Position numbers and translations under genes: made by a program. A stretch of DNA of 63,493 bases, the filler included, from Raillietiella orientalis (Eukaryota): assembly GCA_036172245.1 (NCBI GenBank). It is 3 parts of 3 records of this genome, joined end to end, with 100 filler letters (N's around TTAATTAATTAA, not from the genome) between each part and the next. Parts side by side here need not be neighbours in the genome. Positions count along the whole stretch, not along the records: positions 23,999 to 47,810 come from JAYWIR010000225.1; 2 more parts are not named here. One strand, 5' to 3'. The notes beneath the pieces are model-generated. The model was not told where the DNA came from, ran no database searches, and was given only the letters and a program-made list of their open reading frames with translations. Shown piece by piece: positions 27,714-39,700 of this stretch; positions within the stretch are counted from its first letter, which is position 1, and every line of letters begins with the position of its first letter.

Positions 27714-29555
27714 CTACTGTCTGATAGAGCGTGCTCTTCCACACAATGAAGAAGCAGAGGGGTTCTCGCTGCCGGAGTCACTCTCTGTTCCGTTCTGGTC
27801 GGTTGCTTCCGCCTCCTCCGTCGAGTCTTCGGACCGCGCGATCACTTTTTGAGATAGCGTCTCTATCTGGACTTTGGCGCAGAAGATCGCCTTTACGTCG
27901 AGAAGCTTTTCCTCTTGCTTCTCGCGCTCGGTGACTTCCACAACCAAGTGGACCTTCTCCTAAGCAATGCAGATCTTTTGCAAAATTTTCTCTTGCTGGG
28001 GACCGTTCTGCACATCTAGGACATTATTAGCCAGTGATGCCAGCTCCTCAGTAGATTGCAGGGCCTCCTGTGACACCGAAGTGGCTTAGGCTATTTCTTC
28101 TTCCGCACCTTCCTGCGCTATTGCCATCTTCTCGCTTTCTTGCTCCTTACCTTCCAGGATAAGAGGAGCTTCTTGCTCCTTAACGAGCATCCTCCTCTTT
28201 CCTTTCTTCCCTACCTGTATGAAGGCGTCTTCCGATACCGAGACGGCTTCTTTCACCTTCTTCGGCCTTCCTGCCTTCTGAGGCTGTTCCGCCTCCTTGG
28301 TGTTTCTCTCTCTCTTGGGAGAGAGACCTTGAATCCTTCTGCAGTTTGCAAACTCCGGACAGTTCCATTTGGCATGTCCGTGTATCTTGAAGAAGGAGCA
28401 CACCTCCGGCTGCGGGCAGTTTCGGACTTGATGTCCTACTTTGCCGCAGCGGAAACAACGACACGTTGGGCAAGCACCGGCCCTGTGGCCGAAGTGCTTG
28501 AACCCGGTGCAGGATATCGGCTGTTGCCGGTAACACACGTTCACTCCTTGGGATTGTTCGTCAAGAACGGCTAATCCAGGGAGCACAGCACCCTCTTTAA
28601 ACTTCATTTTGGCGATCATGTTCGCAGGAAATATATTTCCAGAGAAGTTCTGGAATTCAAGATCCAGAACTTTCCCATACTGTTCCAACAAGTTCCACAC
28701 CGTTAGTTGTGGAGTGAGGATGGAGATGCCGTTCAGAAAGACGGTTGTGTATGACATCTCGCCAGTACCACAAACCATCCTCCTTTGTATATTGATCCCC
28801 TTCTGGATCAATCGCTCTCTAATATTTTCACAGTCTGTGAAGTCTGTGAACCCGTTATTTGCCGGTATGATCGCCTGTATGCGATCAAAATCTATACTCG
28901 TTTTGTCGAGGGACAGATACACCTCCCTGATATTATTAAATTTGATCAGCCGAGTCTTGAAACTGATAGGTTTTACATTCGGCCCTAATTACGCGATCGG
29001 TCGATCCACCTTTTGGACTTTGCCGCATAGCGGCTTCCCGAATTTTCTTGATGGGTGGACACTCGCTTGTCCAGCCGCCACCGACGCATAGAAAAAGGGC
29101 TGCGCCGCCGCAGCCGAACAAGATGGCGTCTCGCCCTGAACCGCGTGGACGCTCGCGGTTCCTGCCAGGGACGCCGCCGCCGCGAGCGCAACCCTCGACG
29201 TCGCCACCGTTGCCGCCGCGGGCGGCACCCTCGGCATCGCTGCCGCAGGCGCGACCTTCCCCGCCGCGGGCACGATCCTCGGCGTCGCCGCCGCGGGCAC
29301 GACCCTAGGCATCGCCGCCGCCGGCGCAGCAATGCCCGCCGCGGGCGCGATCCTCGGCATGCCTGCCACCGCCTCGCCGTTGGCGCTCGTTACCTCCATG
29401 GCTTCCATGAGGTACGACGGTCTCTCCACTCCTTTTCCAGGTGCCTGCATCCTGGCAGCAGGTCTTGCTGCAGGGCACCACTGCAGGTCTTCTGCCGCGA
29501 TCACCTCGGCGCTTCTTTTGTAGTTTCGTCTAAAAACTTCCCTCTCCGGGCACAC
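27714..29555 (-). pseudogene. Copy A ORF1 (gag-like nucleic-acid-binding protein, three CCHC knuckles), disrupted
   Basis: CTGFKHFGHRAGAC / CFRCGKVGHQVRNC / CSFFKIHGHAKWNC in ORF 28086-28922, with an Ala/Pro-rich N-terminus in 28989-29555 and a charged C-terminus. Start and end approximate. Confidence 0.88.
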
Positions 29556-29769
29556 ACGAGAACAATTGACTGATTAAGTTGTCGAGCGCACAATACTTTG
29601 AGCCTCGAAGCAAGTTCACCTACTTGGCAGTTTTCCCCAAGTCCCACGAGGGGTGGTGTAAATTTATTTTTCTAAAATTTCCATATAAAAACATTCACAC
29701 TACAACCTCAACCATACCATTAGCACTTTTTACCACTATGAAATCCTTGGGTTCTCACAAGTTCTGCAC

Positions 29770-32700
29770 TCATGGTGATTTTCTTACTGTTTGGTCCCGG
29801 GCGTCGTGTTCTATCCTCTTCAGGATGAATCGGTACGTCCAGGCTTGGATGTTCTTACAGTTTTGAATGCCGATTTCCCTCTTCAGTAGCCCTTGTAGGA
29901 TCTCCATCGGTGATGCGGCTCTTCTGGCTTTCCTCATTTCCCACCACCGCGCAAATATGGCGGTGCTGAAGAGGGCGATGGTCGTCCTCACCATGGGATT
30001 GTAACAAAGAACATTACCATTCCCCTGAAACATCCCGGCGAGGATCACCATTACGGATCTGTTCGTAAGTCCGATGATCGTTTTCAGGATCAGCCAGTCA
30101 TGCAGCAATGTGGGACACGTCAAGACGTGAAGTCTCGTGTGGATGTCTCTACATGCTGTGAAGTCTCGATCTTCCCTTCTTCCGGTGTAGTGCTGCAATC
30201 GGGACCCACCCTGGATTCCCCCATGATAAAACAGCAGGAGGTCATCCTGGGTGCGCGGCGGAACGTGACTCCTCCAGAGCGTCGTGCCAATCGCTAACAG
30301 GTTAATCCGGTCACTCCCGTAGCGATCGGCGGCTTCCTGGAGGGCACTAATATCACTGTGTTCTTCTTGTATTAGTCCTCGGAGGTTTGTTTTGGTTACC
30401 CTGGTCCACACAAAGTCGTTGTGCTTGAACCACACTTCGCAAGTCATGTGGGTAAACCTTCCCAACATCATCTCTATATACCTAAGTATACGAGTGTAAT
30501 GTAGGTACCCTCCTCGTTTTCACTCCTGGATTCGTTGAAGGGTAACTCTGGACCGCTGGTGGAACCAGCTTCTCGTGTCCGGTGGGACAGGAAGCATCCA
30601 AGGGATCACCAGGATGGACTCGTCCTGCCACGGTTCCCTACTTCTCGGCACGATCTTGATTTTGTGCTTTCGCACCAGCCGTTGCTTCCTCGTCCAGGTT
30701 GGGTCGATTTTTTTCGATACGCCTGCTCGGCCTAGCAGCGCAGTCATCAGGCCTTTCGAGTTGTTCAACAGCAACGCGTAGGCCCTGTGCGACGCATACA
30801 GCCAGTCATCCCAGTGAGTGGCAATATCCAGGATGTGTCGCGTATCCATGATTTCTATGGAGTGTGCAAGCGACTTCATCCTGGAACTGCCTTTCTCCCT
30901 GAAACGACTCAGGGGTTTTAGTCGGACTCTTGGGCGATAGTGGCCCCTCAGTGTTTTTCTCTGCAGCTTGTCGAACTCCTTCGTGGTATCCTTGTTCATC
31001 GTCGCGAAGGCCGCCCCGAAGAGCACTTTTGAAAGGAGTACTTCGTTCCATATGTTGGCCTTTCGCTTCATTCCTAGGTCCGTTTAGGTGTACTTGGCTG
31101 CTTCCTTGGCCGTTTTCCCTAGGATCTCGGTCCACAATAGCTTCGACGCGGAGACGTCGCAAATGTAGACACCCAGGTACTTGGCCTTGTCCACCGTTCG
31201 GAATCGTCTCCCCGCTAGAGTGGAGAGATCGAAGATTCCTACGGGCAAGAGCTGGCTTTTCTGGGCGTTGATCTTTAGACGCAGGCCTTGATCCATCAGG
31301 TCTTCCACATCCAGAAACGCTCGTTGATTCCTTCCTCCCTTGATAAAGAAGAGTCGATCACCAGTGTATGCCAGATGGGTAAGACACTGGCCATCGATTG
31401 TTATGCCTTGCAGTCGTCCGCTCTTCTCGATAAAGAACGACAACGCCTCCATGTAGATGACGAACAGCATCGGACTTAGCGAATCGCCCTGCCAGACTCC
31501 CCGTTCCATCCGGATTGCTACCGTCTCCTGGCCGTTGATTTTGATTCGGCAGTACTCGTTCTGGAGTACCACCCTCACGAAGTTGCTGAAGTGCTCCGGA
31601 AGGCTTAGCTTCTCCAGAACCTTCAGCAGCATCCCATGGTCGATAGAGTAGAAAGCCTTCTCCATGTCAGTGGACACCAGCGCCAGATTCTCGCCGATGT
31701 ATCGTCTGAGTATGGCGGTGGCCTGGGCACACTCGACATTGTCCGCCATGTGACGTCCAGGGACTGCACACGTTTGGACCGGAGAGATGAGCTTCGACAT
31801 GACCTTGCCTAAGCGGTTGGACCAGATCTTCGCCAACCACTTGGCATCCGAGTTCAGGATCGAGATTGGCCTCTATTGAGCGACCTGCGTTAGGTCGCCT
31901 TCTTTTGGCAACAACCTCATCCGACTCTCGTAGAAGGACTGTGGAAGTCTTCCTTCTTCGCGGATGCAGAGGGTCAACTGGTGGAACAAACGCAGGTAGG
32001 CATGCAAGTACCGCTGATAGTGAGAAATGGGTACGCTGTCTGGGCCCGCTGCCACGTCCTTGCGTAGTTGACCAAACGCAGTCTTCACCTCGTCTTCGGA
32101 GAATTCCTCTTCCAGTCTCTTTCGCTGGAGATCGTCGGTCCTCTTCTCGAGGTAGCTCAGAAAGGCCTGTTGACTAGAGCGACAGAGTTGTTGTCGCCTA
32201 AAGTGTTTCGTGTAATGCCTTTGAAAGGCATCCACGATGTCCTCAGACGATTGTCGGCTTTGACCGTCGTACTGGATGCAGAAGATATCTATTGCCAGAT
32301 TTCTCTTCTCCAGCACGCCGACTTCCCCTTTTATGTTCTTGAAGGCGTAGCGACTCTCGTACTGATCGAAGTACTTTGAGAGTGAGCGATCTTGGATGTT
32401 CAGCTCCCGGTACGCCTCCTGCCCCAAGCGCCTATCTCCGAACTGCATGTTCGCAAACAGGAGTATCCTGTGTTTCAGGCTGTCCCATTCGGCGACCCTT
32501 CGGATTGTTGTTGCCTTCAGAATCGTCTCCAGGACAGCCTGATGTCCGCGATGGGTTTCGAACCAGGCGAACATGGTGATGAGCGCCGCCCTGGTGCCTT
32601 ACCTCCGCCGAGGATTTTGCGTTCTTAGGGAAAACCGCACCAGGGGGTGATCGGACACCGTGGTCATAATGTCTCGAAAACCCTGGATGCGATTTCCAAG

Positions 32701-33287
32701 TTCGGTGTTGTGCAGGACGTGATCGATGGGCTTGTGACTTGCAATTCGCCACACCAGTCCGAACTCGTCGGATAACCGCCGATACGCCGTCCTTCTTCTG
32801 GCGTCTTCGGAGTGAGTTATCTCATCCAATATGTTGAGATCGCCAGCAACAATCACGACGTCCTTGGAAGCAACCTTTTCACGGAGTGCTGCATGCAGCG
32901 CCTCCGCACAACGATGTTTTAGCCTGTGCGGCCCGTACACGTTCACCAGGATGAGATGAACAGTAGCGGACCAGGCCAGTCGCACGCCGATCATTCGTCC
33001 GGGTTGGGGACAGAACACTTCCAGAATAGTGGGGGCCAAGTTGTTCTTGATTAGGTCCGCCACAACCTGCGTGTTCCATTCTCCCTCGCTGACGAAAATC
33101 TGGCCGTTGAATCGCCGTTCCATTTGCTGACTAATCTCGATACTTATCTTGTGGGTGTTCTGCAGGCACACTATGTCTTGTTGTGCGGTGGTCCGCACAA
33201 TCCTTTTTCTTTTTCCTGGTCGACCATACCGTTTACATTCCAGGAGGCGATGTTCATCCTCCTGGCGGTCGATAGGGAAAAGGCCAT
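29770..33287 (-). pseudogene. Copy B ORF2 (APE-RT-zinc finger), disrupted
   Basis: MAFSLSTARRMNIASWNVNG, NVYGP, AGDLN, IDH...SDH, QTCAVPGRHMADN, GVWQGDSLSP. The catalytic YADD has decayed to YTGD, and there are several stops and frameshifts. Confidence 0.92.
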
Positions 33288-33299
33288 AAAAGGGGAAGA

Positions 33300-35193
33300 G
33301 CTTTTTGGTGGCCTTCCTGAGCTTCTTCTGTCTGAGAGGGCGTGCTCTTTCAGACAGTGAAGAAGCAGCGGGCTTCTTGCTGCCGGCGTCACTCTCTGTT
33401 CCAGTGAGGTCAGTTACTTCCGCCTCCTCCGTCGAGTGTTCGGCCCGCGCGATCGGTTTTTGAGATAGCGTCTCTATCTGGACCCTGGCGCAGAAGTTTG
33501 CCTTTACGTCGAGAAGCTGTTCCTCTAGCTTTTCGCGCTTGGTGACCTTCACAACCTGGTTGACCTTCTCCTGTACATGGCAGATCTTCTGCAAGATTTT
33601 CTTTTGCTGGGGACCGCTCTGCACCCCTTAGGACTTCATTAGCCAGTGATGCCAACTGCTCCTTAGATTGCAGGGCCTCCTGCGTCACCGGAGTGGCTTC
33701 GGCTATTTCTTTTTCCGCGCCTTTCTGCGCTACCTCCATCTTCTCGCCTTCTTGCTCTTCACCTTCTAGGATAAGAAGGGTTTCTTGCTCCTTGACGAGC
33801 ATCCTCCTCTTTCCTTTCTTCCCTACCTGTATGAAGCCATCTTCCGATACCGGGACGGCTTCATTCACCTTCTTCGGCCTTCCTTCCTTCTGAGGCTGTT
33901 CCGCCTCCTTGGTGTTTCTCTCTCTCACGGGAGAGAGACCTCGAATCCTTCTGCAGTTTGCAAACTCCGGACAGTTCCATTTGCGATGTCCGTGTTTCTT
34001 GCAGAAGGAGCACACCTTCGGCTGCGGGCAGTTTCGAACTTGATGCCCTACTTTGCCGCAGCGCAAACAACGACACGTTGGGCAAGCGCCCGCCCTGTGG
34101 CCGAACTGCTTGCACCCGGTGCAGAATGTTGGTTGTTGCCGGTAACGCACGTTCACTCCCTGGGATTGTTCGTCAAGAACGGCTAATCCAGGGAGCACAG
34201 CACCCTCTTTAAACGTCATTTTGGCGATCATGTTCGCACGAAATATATTTCCAGAGAAGTTCTGGAATTCAAGGTCCAGAACTTTTCCATACTGTTCCAA
34301 AAAGTTCAACACCGTTAGTTCAGGTGTGAGGATGGAGATGCCGTTCAGAAAGACAATTGTGTATGACATCTCGCCAATACCACAAACCATCCTCCCTTGT
34401 ATATTGATCCCCTTCTGGATTGATCGCTCTCTAATCTTCTCACAGTCTGTGAAGACTGTGAACCCGTTGTTTGCTGGTATGATCGTTTGTATGCGATCAA
34501 AATTTATGTCCGTTTTTTTCGAGGGACTGATACACCTCCCAGATATGACTGAACTTGATCAGCCTATTCTTGAAAATGATGGGCTTCACATTCGTTCTTA
34601 CTCCACGATCGGCGTTCCACCTTTTGGACTTTACCGCATAGCGGCTTCCCGAATTTTCTTGGTGGGTGGACACTCGCTTTTCCAGCCGCCACCGACGCAG
34701 AGGAAAAGGGCTGCGGCGGCGCAACCGAACAAGATGGCGTCTCGCCCTGAACCGCGTGGACGCCCGCGGGTCCTGCGTGGGAGGACGCCGCTCCGAGCGC
34801 AACCCTCGACGTCGCCACCGTTGCCACCGCAGGCGGCACCCTCGGCATCGCTGCCGCAGGCGCGACCTTCCCCGCCGCGGGCACGATCCTTGGAGTCGCC
34901 GCCGTGGGCACGACCTCCGCCGTCGTAGCCGCGGGCACGACCCTTGGTATCGCTGCCGCCGGCGCAGGAAAGCCCGCCGCGGGCGCGATCCTCGGCATGC
35001 CTGCCACTGCCTCGCCGTTGCCGCACGTTACCTCCATGTTTTCCATGGGGGACGACGGTCTCTCCACTCCTCCTCTAGGTGCCTGCATCCTTGCAGCTGG
35101 TCTTGCTGCACGTGTCCAATTGAGGTCTTCCGCCGTGTTCTCCTTGGCGATTTTTTGTAGTTTCGTCTGGAAACTTCCCCTCTCCGGGCACAC
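33300..35193 (-). pseudogene. Copy B ORF1 with three intact CX2CX4HX4C knuckles, disrupted
   Basis: CTGCKQFGHRAGAC / CLRCGKVGHQVRNC / CSFCKKHGHRKWNC in ORF 33410-34390, with the Ala/Pro-rich N-terminus in 34564-35193. Boundaries approximate. Confidence 0.88.
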
Positions 35194-35268
35194 ACGAGCA
35201 CAAATAACTGATTATGTTGTCGAGCGCACTATACTTTGAGCCGCAAAGCAAGTTCACCTACTCGGCAG

Positions 35269-36735
35269 GAGAGGAGCAATCTCCCAACAGTCAAGAAGGT
35301 GACTCCGTTGCCGCCTTTTAAAGGCGTAGCGAAAGCAACGCACCCAGTGAAGGCAGCGAAAATCCCGGGGGTTTGCGCAACTACTGTCGCGGAAGCCTCG
35401 GAAAGACGCAAAGGCGAATAGAAGGTTGTGGAGAGGAGCAAAGAAAAATCTGCAGTAAAAGCTCCGCAACAACCATCTCTGAGCTCTTACAAAGGAAAAG
35501 TTCGTAGCGGGAATACGAAAGCACGCACTGCTTGTTGCTCTTCCAAGGAAAAAACCAGCGCCTTCAACGCGTGCAAGTCCGCTCCTGTGATTGCAGAGAA
35601 GACCATTCCGGTGCAATCAGACGGATGCAAGCGCACGTCGATCGTGCGAGCATCAGACTCCGCAAAGGAGTCTGATAGCGCCGCTGAACGACGCGTCACT
35701 AGCGCAGGAGCGAGCGCCCGCAGGGCTGAATCCCTGAGGCGTGACACACTCGCCGCGGAACGGCGAGTGCTAACCCCGGAACTCACAGGTTCTGCACCCG
35801 GGGAGTAGCACCCGATTACGTGCAGCACAGATGAGGCCGGTGGCGACCGCGCCCTCCAGCCCGTCGTGCTGCTTACTGCCCGCTCGCCGGGTGAGGCGAG
35901 CACCACGGTCTCGCTTTCCCAGCTGTGATGAGGGCAATCGCGTCTTCCCGTCGTGTTGCCGTAACGTCTTGGAACGTCAAAGGGCTCCAACACGACGAGA
36001 AGAGGCGACTAGTGGCTGACGCTCTGCGCGCCTTTGACTTGACGCTCTCGTCGAAGATTCACAGCATCTCCGAAGAGCAGGCTGCCGAAATCGAACGGCG
36101 CGCGGGCGGAACGCTACTTCATAGGTGCGGCGTTGCACGTACGTGCGGCGTCGCTTTCCTCGTGCGAGGAACTTTGGAGGGAGCGGTGCGCAGCGTTCAT
36201 TTCGACACGGAAGGCCGAGTGGAATAGCTTGTACTCAAGTGGTCCGACTCGATCGACCTTGTCGTAACCAACGTGTACGCGCCGAGCGGTGCTGGACGAT
36301 GGGCCGAAAGGATTGAGTTCTCCGGTACCCTTCAAAGCCAGTGGCTCATTCGATCTCACCCTACTGTGGCCCATCTGATTGCGGAGGACTTTAATGTCCA
36401 CCTGCCTTCCGAGAATAGATCCCACAAAACGGAAAGTTGGTAGCGGAAGAGATGTGCGTGTCCGTGCACGCGTGCAACTTGTTCGCTAGCGACCCTGTTA
36501 TGGCAATAACGCCGGACCACGTATACTTTGATGAACACTTGCTCTCTCGAGTGGGTCTGAGAGGTCCCGTGCCGTCCGTGCTTTCAGACCACAACAGGCT
36601 CGAGTTGGAGTTGCTCCCGCCAGGCAAGGGGCCTCCAAACTGATTTTGGAGGATGCCGGCAGAAAGGAGAAGCCACCCGGAGGCGGCTGAGCATCTTTGC
36701 TAGTGCCTACTCGGCTTTGCCATATGTGAGATCGA
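35269..36735 (+). mobile_element. Family 2 LINE P, segment 1: ORF1 C-terminal part and complete APE domain
   Basis: From 35925: VTSWNVKGL...CGVAFLV...TNVYAPSG...AEDFNVH...PDHVYF...LSDHNRL, then FWRMPAERRSHPEAAEHL. Upstream Lys/Ala/Ser-rich reading is tentatively ORF1. The 5' part is cut off by copy B. Confidence 0.85.
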
Positions 36736-39700
36736 TTTTCACCCGGTTGCGCCGGGCGTTTATTCTTTAAATAAAACAAACGTTGGTGGCTGACCAGGTG
36801 GTCCGGTTACGCACTGGTTTACACAATTAAGCTTACCGGGTCACCGGTTCGTATTCCGGCATGGTCCACCACCAAAGCAGAGGGGCCAAGGACAAAACAA
36901 AAAATAAAACAAAAAAAAGAAACATATAAAATCAAGATCTGGCAGGCACGGGAAAGGGTCACAGTCTGCTGTGGGGCCGTTACATCCTTTGCAGGATGCT
37001 GGCAAGCTGGTTTTGGATGGATCCATCCTGTCGCCGTCCGCATAAATTCGGCTGCGCACTGGACGGCACCCTTATCGCGAGTTCCTCCCGTTGCTTTGCG
37101 CCATAGAGCGACGATCACGCGAAAGCAGCGCAGAGCTGCTTACGCGGCCGAGGGCCGAAGGGAGTCGCAAACGACGAGGGATCTGATTGCGTATCTGGGG
37201 TTTCCACAGGGGTTACCGATTGCCGCGGCAAAATGGTTTCAAAGGGGCCAAAGAGCTGCACAATCCAAAAGAAGGTGAGCAAGGGACACCCGTTCTCCAT
37301 ACCTCGCACAATTAGGGCTCACCGCTCCCCATGTCCAATGTTGTCGGCGGGCGTTGCAGTGAAGTCCCCAATGCAGCAACAATAGCGCCGACTCCTGCGA
37401 TTTTAAGGGGAGGGTGGAGGTGTTCATCAGCACCGGGGGCCACTTTAATTGTTCCCGCGGAACATTAAGCAGCTCGTCCCAGTGCAAAAGTCCAATAGGG
37501 ATAGTAGTTCGGGCCGCGGATTTGCAAACAATTCCGGTTATTCATTCCCAGATCTTTTTCTCCGTACCGGAGATTTTGACGTAAAGATCTTATTTCGCAG
37601 CAGTGTTGCCATTTAAATGTTCCGCGAGCCGAAACAGCATTGCAGCGAGGGGAGTTTTTCTTGCCCACGCTCGTATTTGGGGGTTCTCCAGGACCTCTCG
37701 GAGCGTCAGGCGGTCATTACGGGCGAAGGATTGTCTCTGTCCTTCTTGGGTGAGTTGCTGGTTGCTCCTTGCCCACGTCTGTACCGTTTCCTGCAGCCAT
37801 GCAGGTCCGTTAACGGGGCGACAGCAGAGCCATCCTGCATTCTTTCAAATCTGGTCAGCCACTCTCCGCAGCTGCAACCCGCAGTGACCGACTTGGCGTC
37901 GCCGACGGAGCGCAAGGAAGGATGACAGTCCCACCTTGCCTGTAGCCTGCTCGACGAGGAGACGTGCGGGCTCGCACCAACTGCTACTCCAATATTTCGC
38001 CACTACGGCTAGTAACCGAAACTAGAGCTAGAGCTTTAGCAGCTCTAGCGTCAGGAGGCCGAGCCCGCCGTCCCGACGTAAAGCGCTCAAGTATTCAAGC
38101 CGGACTCGGGCCCTCCTATTACCTCACAGGGAAATCCTTAGGAGGTCCTTCGTCCGCTTTTTAGTCTCTGTGGCTGGGGGACAAACAGAAAGCAGGGAAC
38201 GGAGGAGGGGCGCCGCAAATGCGTTCCACACCGCGGCCCATTGCTGCAGGAGAAACCTGCGACCTTGGAACGGGCCGATGGCCGTCTCTACCTTTTGAAG
38301 GCAGCTGGACCACGCATCCGAAGGGAGATAATCACCCATCGGTACACAGAGGTACTCAAAGTACCGTACCGTGGGGATCCTCGAACGGACCCAGTCCGGC
38401 TGCCCTACCCACGCCGCACCGATTGGCATAACGGACCACTTCGCCCTGTTCACCTGAAGCCCGATTCCCCGACTTAGCAGGTCGAAGAACTCCCGGACCG
38501 CCGATGCCGGGATGGACTTAGGAGCAGCAGCAGTAGATCGTCCTCATATGCTGACACCGTGCGCGTACCGGGATAGTCGCGCGGCAGGTGCGCTAGAGAT
38601 TCCCTGTACACTCTCAGTACCAACTCGAAGTAAGTACTGAAGAGCAAGGGACTCAGGCTGTCTCCCTGCCGTATGCCGCGTCGCACCGGTACGCCGAGTA
38701 CGGTGTGCTCACTGAAAAAATCTGGATGAGCGCGTCTCGCCAGCAGGATCGAAGATAGGTCAGCAAAGAGACAGGGAAGCCCAAGCGTTTCAGGAACTCC
38801 AGACGGAGCCTCTGGTGTACACAGTTGAATGCTTTAAACAAATCGACTGCGACTGCGAGGGCTCCGCCGCCGCTTGGAGAGTACACGTTGGCAATGCTCA
38901 GATCGATGGAGTCGGACCAACTGATGGTCCACCGCCCGACGCGACCTTCACTATCGAACCGTGCGCCCTTTGCCGCAGCCTCGACAGCTCGACGAAGCAG
39001 GAACGCGACACCGCAAGATTTAACGGTGCCGCGACGCCAAAGCAACCGTCCACCCGAGATACGCTCGATCTCCGTAGCTTGATCTGCGGAGATCACGTGG
39101 ATTTCTTGCAGCAGCACAAGCTCGAAGGATGCCAGGGTGGAGGCCACGTCTCGTCTCTTGCCGTCGGCGCTTAGCCCGTTGACGTTCCAACAGGCAGTTC
39201 GCAGACGGCGGCAAGAGGCGATTTTCGGAAATAGGGCTGGGTACGTGGCGTTTCAGCACCTGTCAACGGTCAGGTGGGAGGGACGAGTAAGGGAACCGCG
39301 GCCATCTCAGGCACCTGATGCACCTGGGGCACAGACTCTACCCTTTCCCTCCCTCCGGTGTCGCAGCGTGAGGTTACCTCTCGAGGAGAGTCCCCGGAGT
39401 TCCCCACTTTATTCGCACGCTCGCTTCCCTCAATTATCTCTTCCTTTTCCAAGGACGGGATAATTTTGCGGGTAGCCTTCTTCGTGCGATTGGCCTTCGG
39501 GCGGGAGGCCGCGATGCCGCAGGCTGTGTTTTCCGCCTCTGCGTCAGAGTTCCGATTCTCCGACTTCTTGATCGAGGTCGGACGCCTTAAGGCCTTTTTC
39601 GCAGATTTTAGAAGACTCTGCATGGACGCAGCAAGCACATCCCACGCTCGCTCAAAGGCGACGTCGTCGAGCATGCGTTCGACGACGGACGCCACCGCCG

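Larger units (their letters stand above)
24015..29630 (-). mobile_element. Full-length decayed non-LTR retrotransposon, L1/Tx1-like, family 1 copy A (5616 bp)
   Basis: ORF1 (zinc knuckles) then ORF2 (APE-RT-CCHC) on the minus strand. Ends defined by collinearity with copy B: 5' CTGCCAAGTAGGTGAAC, 3' ...CATGGGGAAAA. Confidence 0.93.
29631..35268 (-). mobile_element. Full-length decayed non-LTR retrotransposon, family 1 copy B (5638 bp), abutting copy A
   Basis: Collinear with copy A over the full length at roughly 10% divergence (9 mismatches in a sampled 80 bp). 5' CTGCCGAGTAGGTGAAC, 3' AATAAATTTACACCACCCCTCGTGGGACTTGGGGAAAA. Confidence 0.93.

Noticed and set aside
32599..33624. Apparent ORF1-ORF2 fusion protein in copy B
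   Set aside because: B has one C fewer than A near 33215 (TTTTTCCTGG vs TTTTTCCCTGG), a frameshift that bypasses the WNVNG motif. This is decay rather than programmed fusion.
36706..36715. CCTACTCGGC, matching the family 1 5' end at 35257-35266
   Set aside because: It lies within P's ungapped coding alignment and bounds nothing. A single 10-mer match in 24 kb is plausible by chance.
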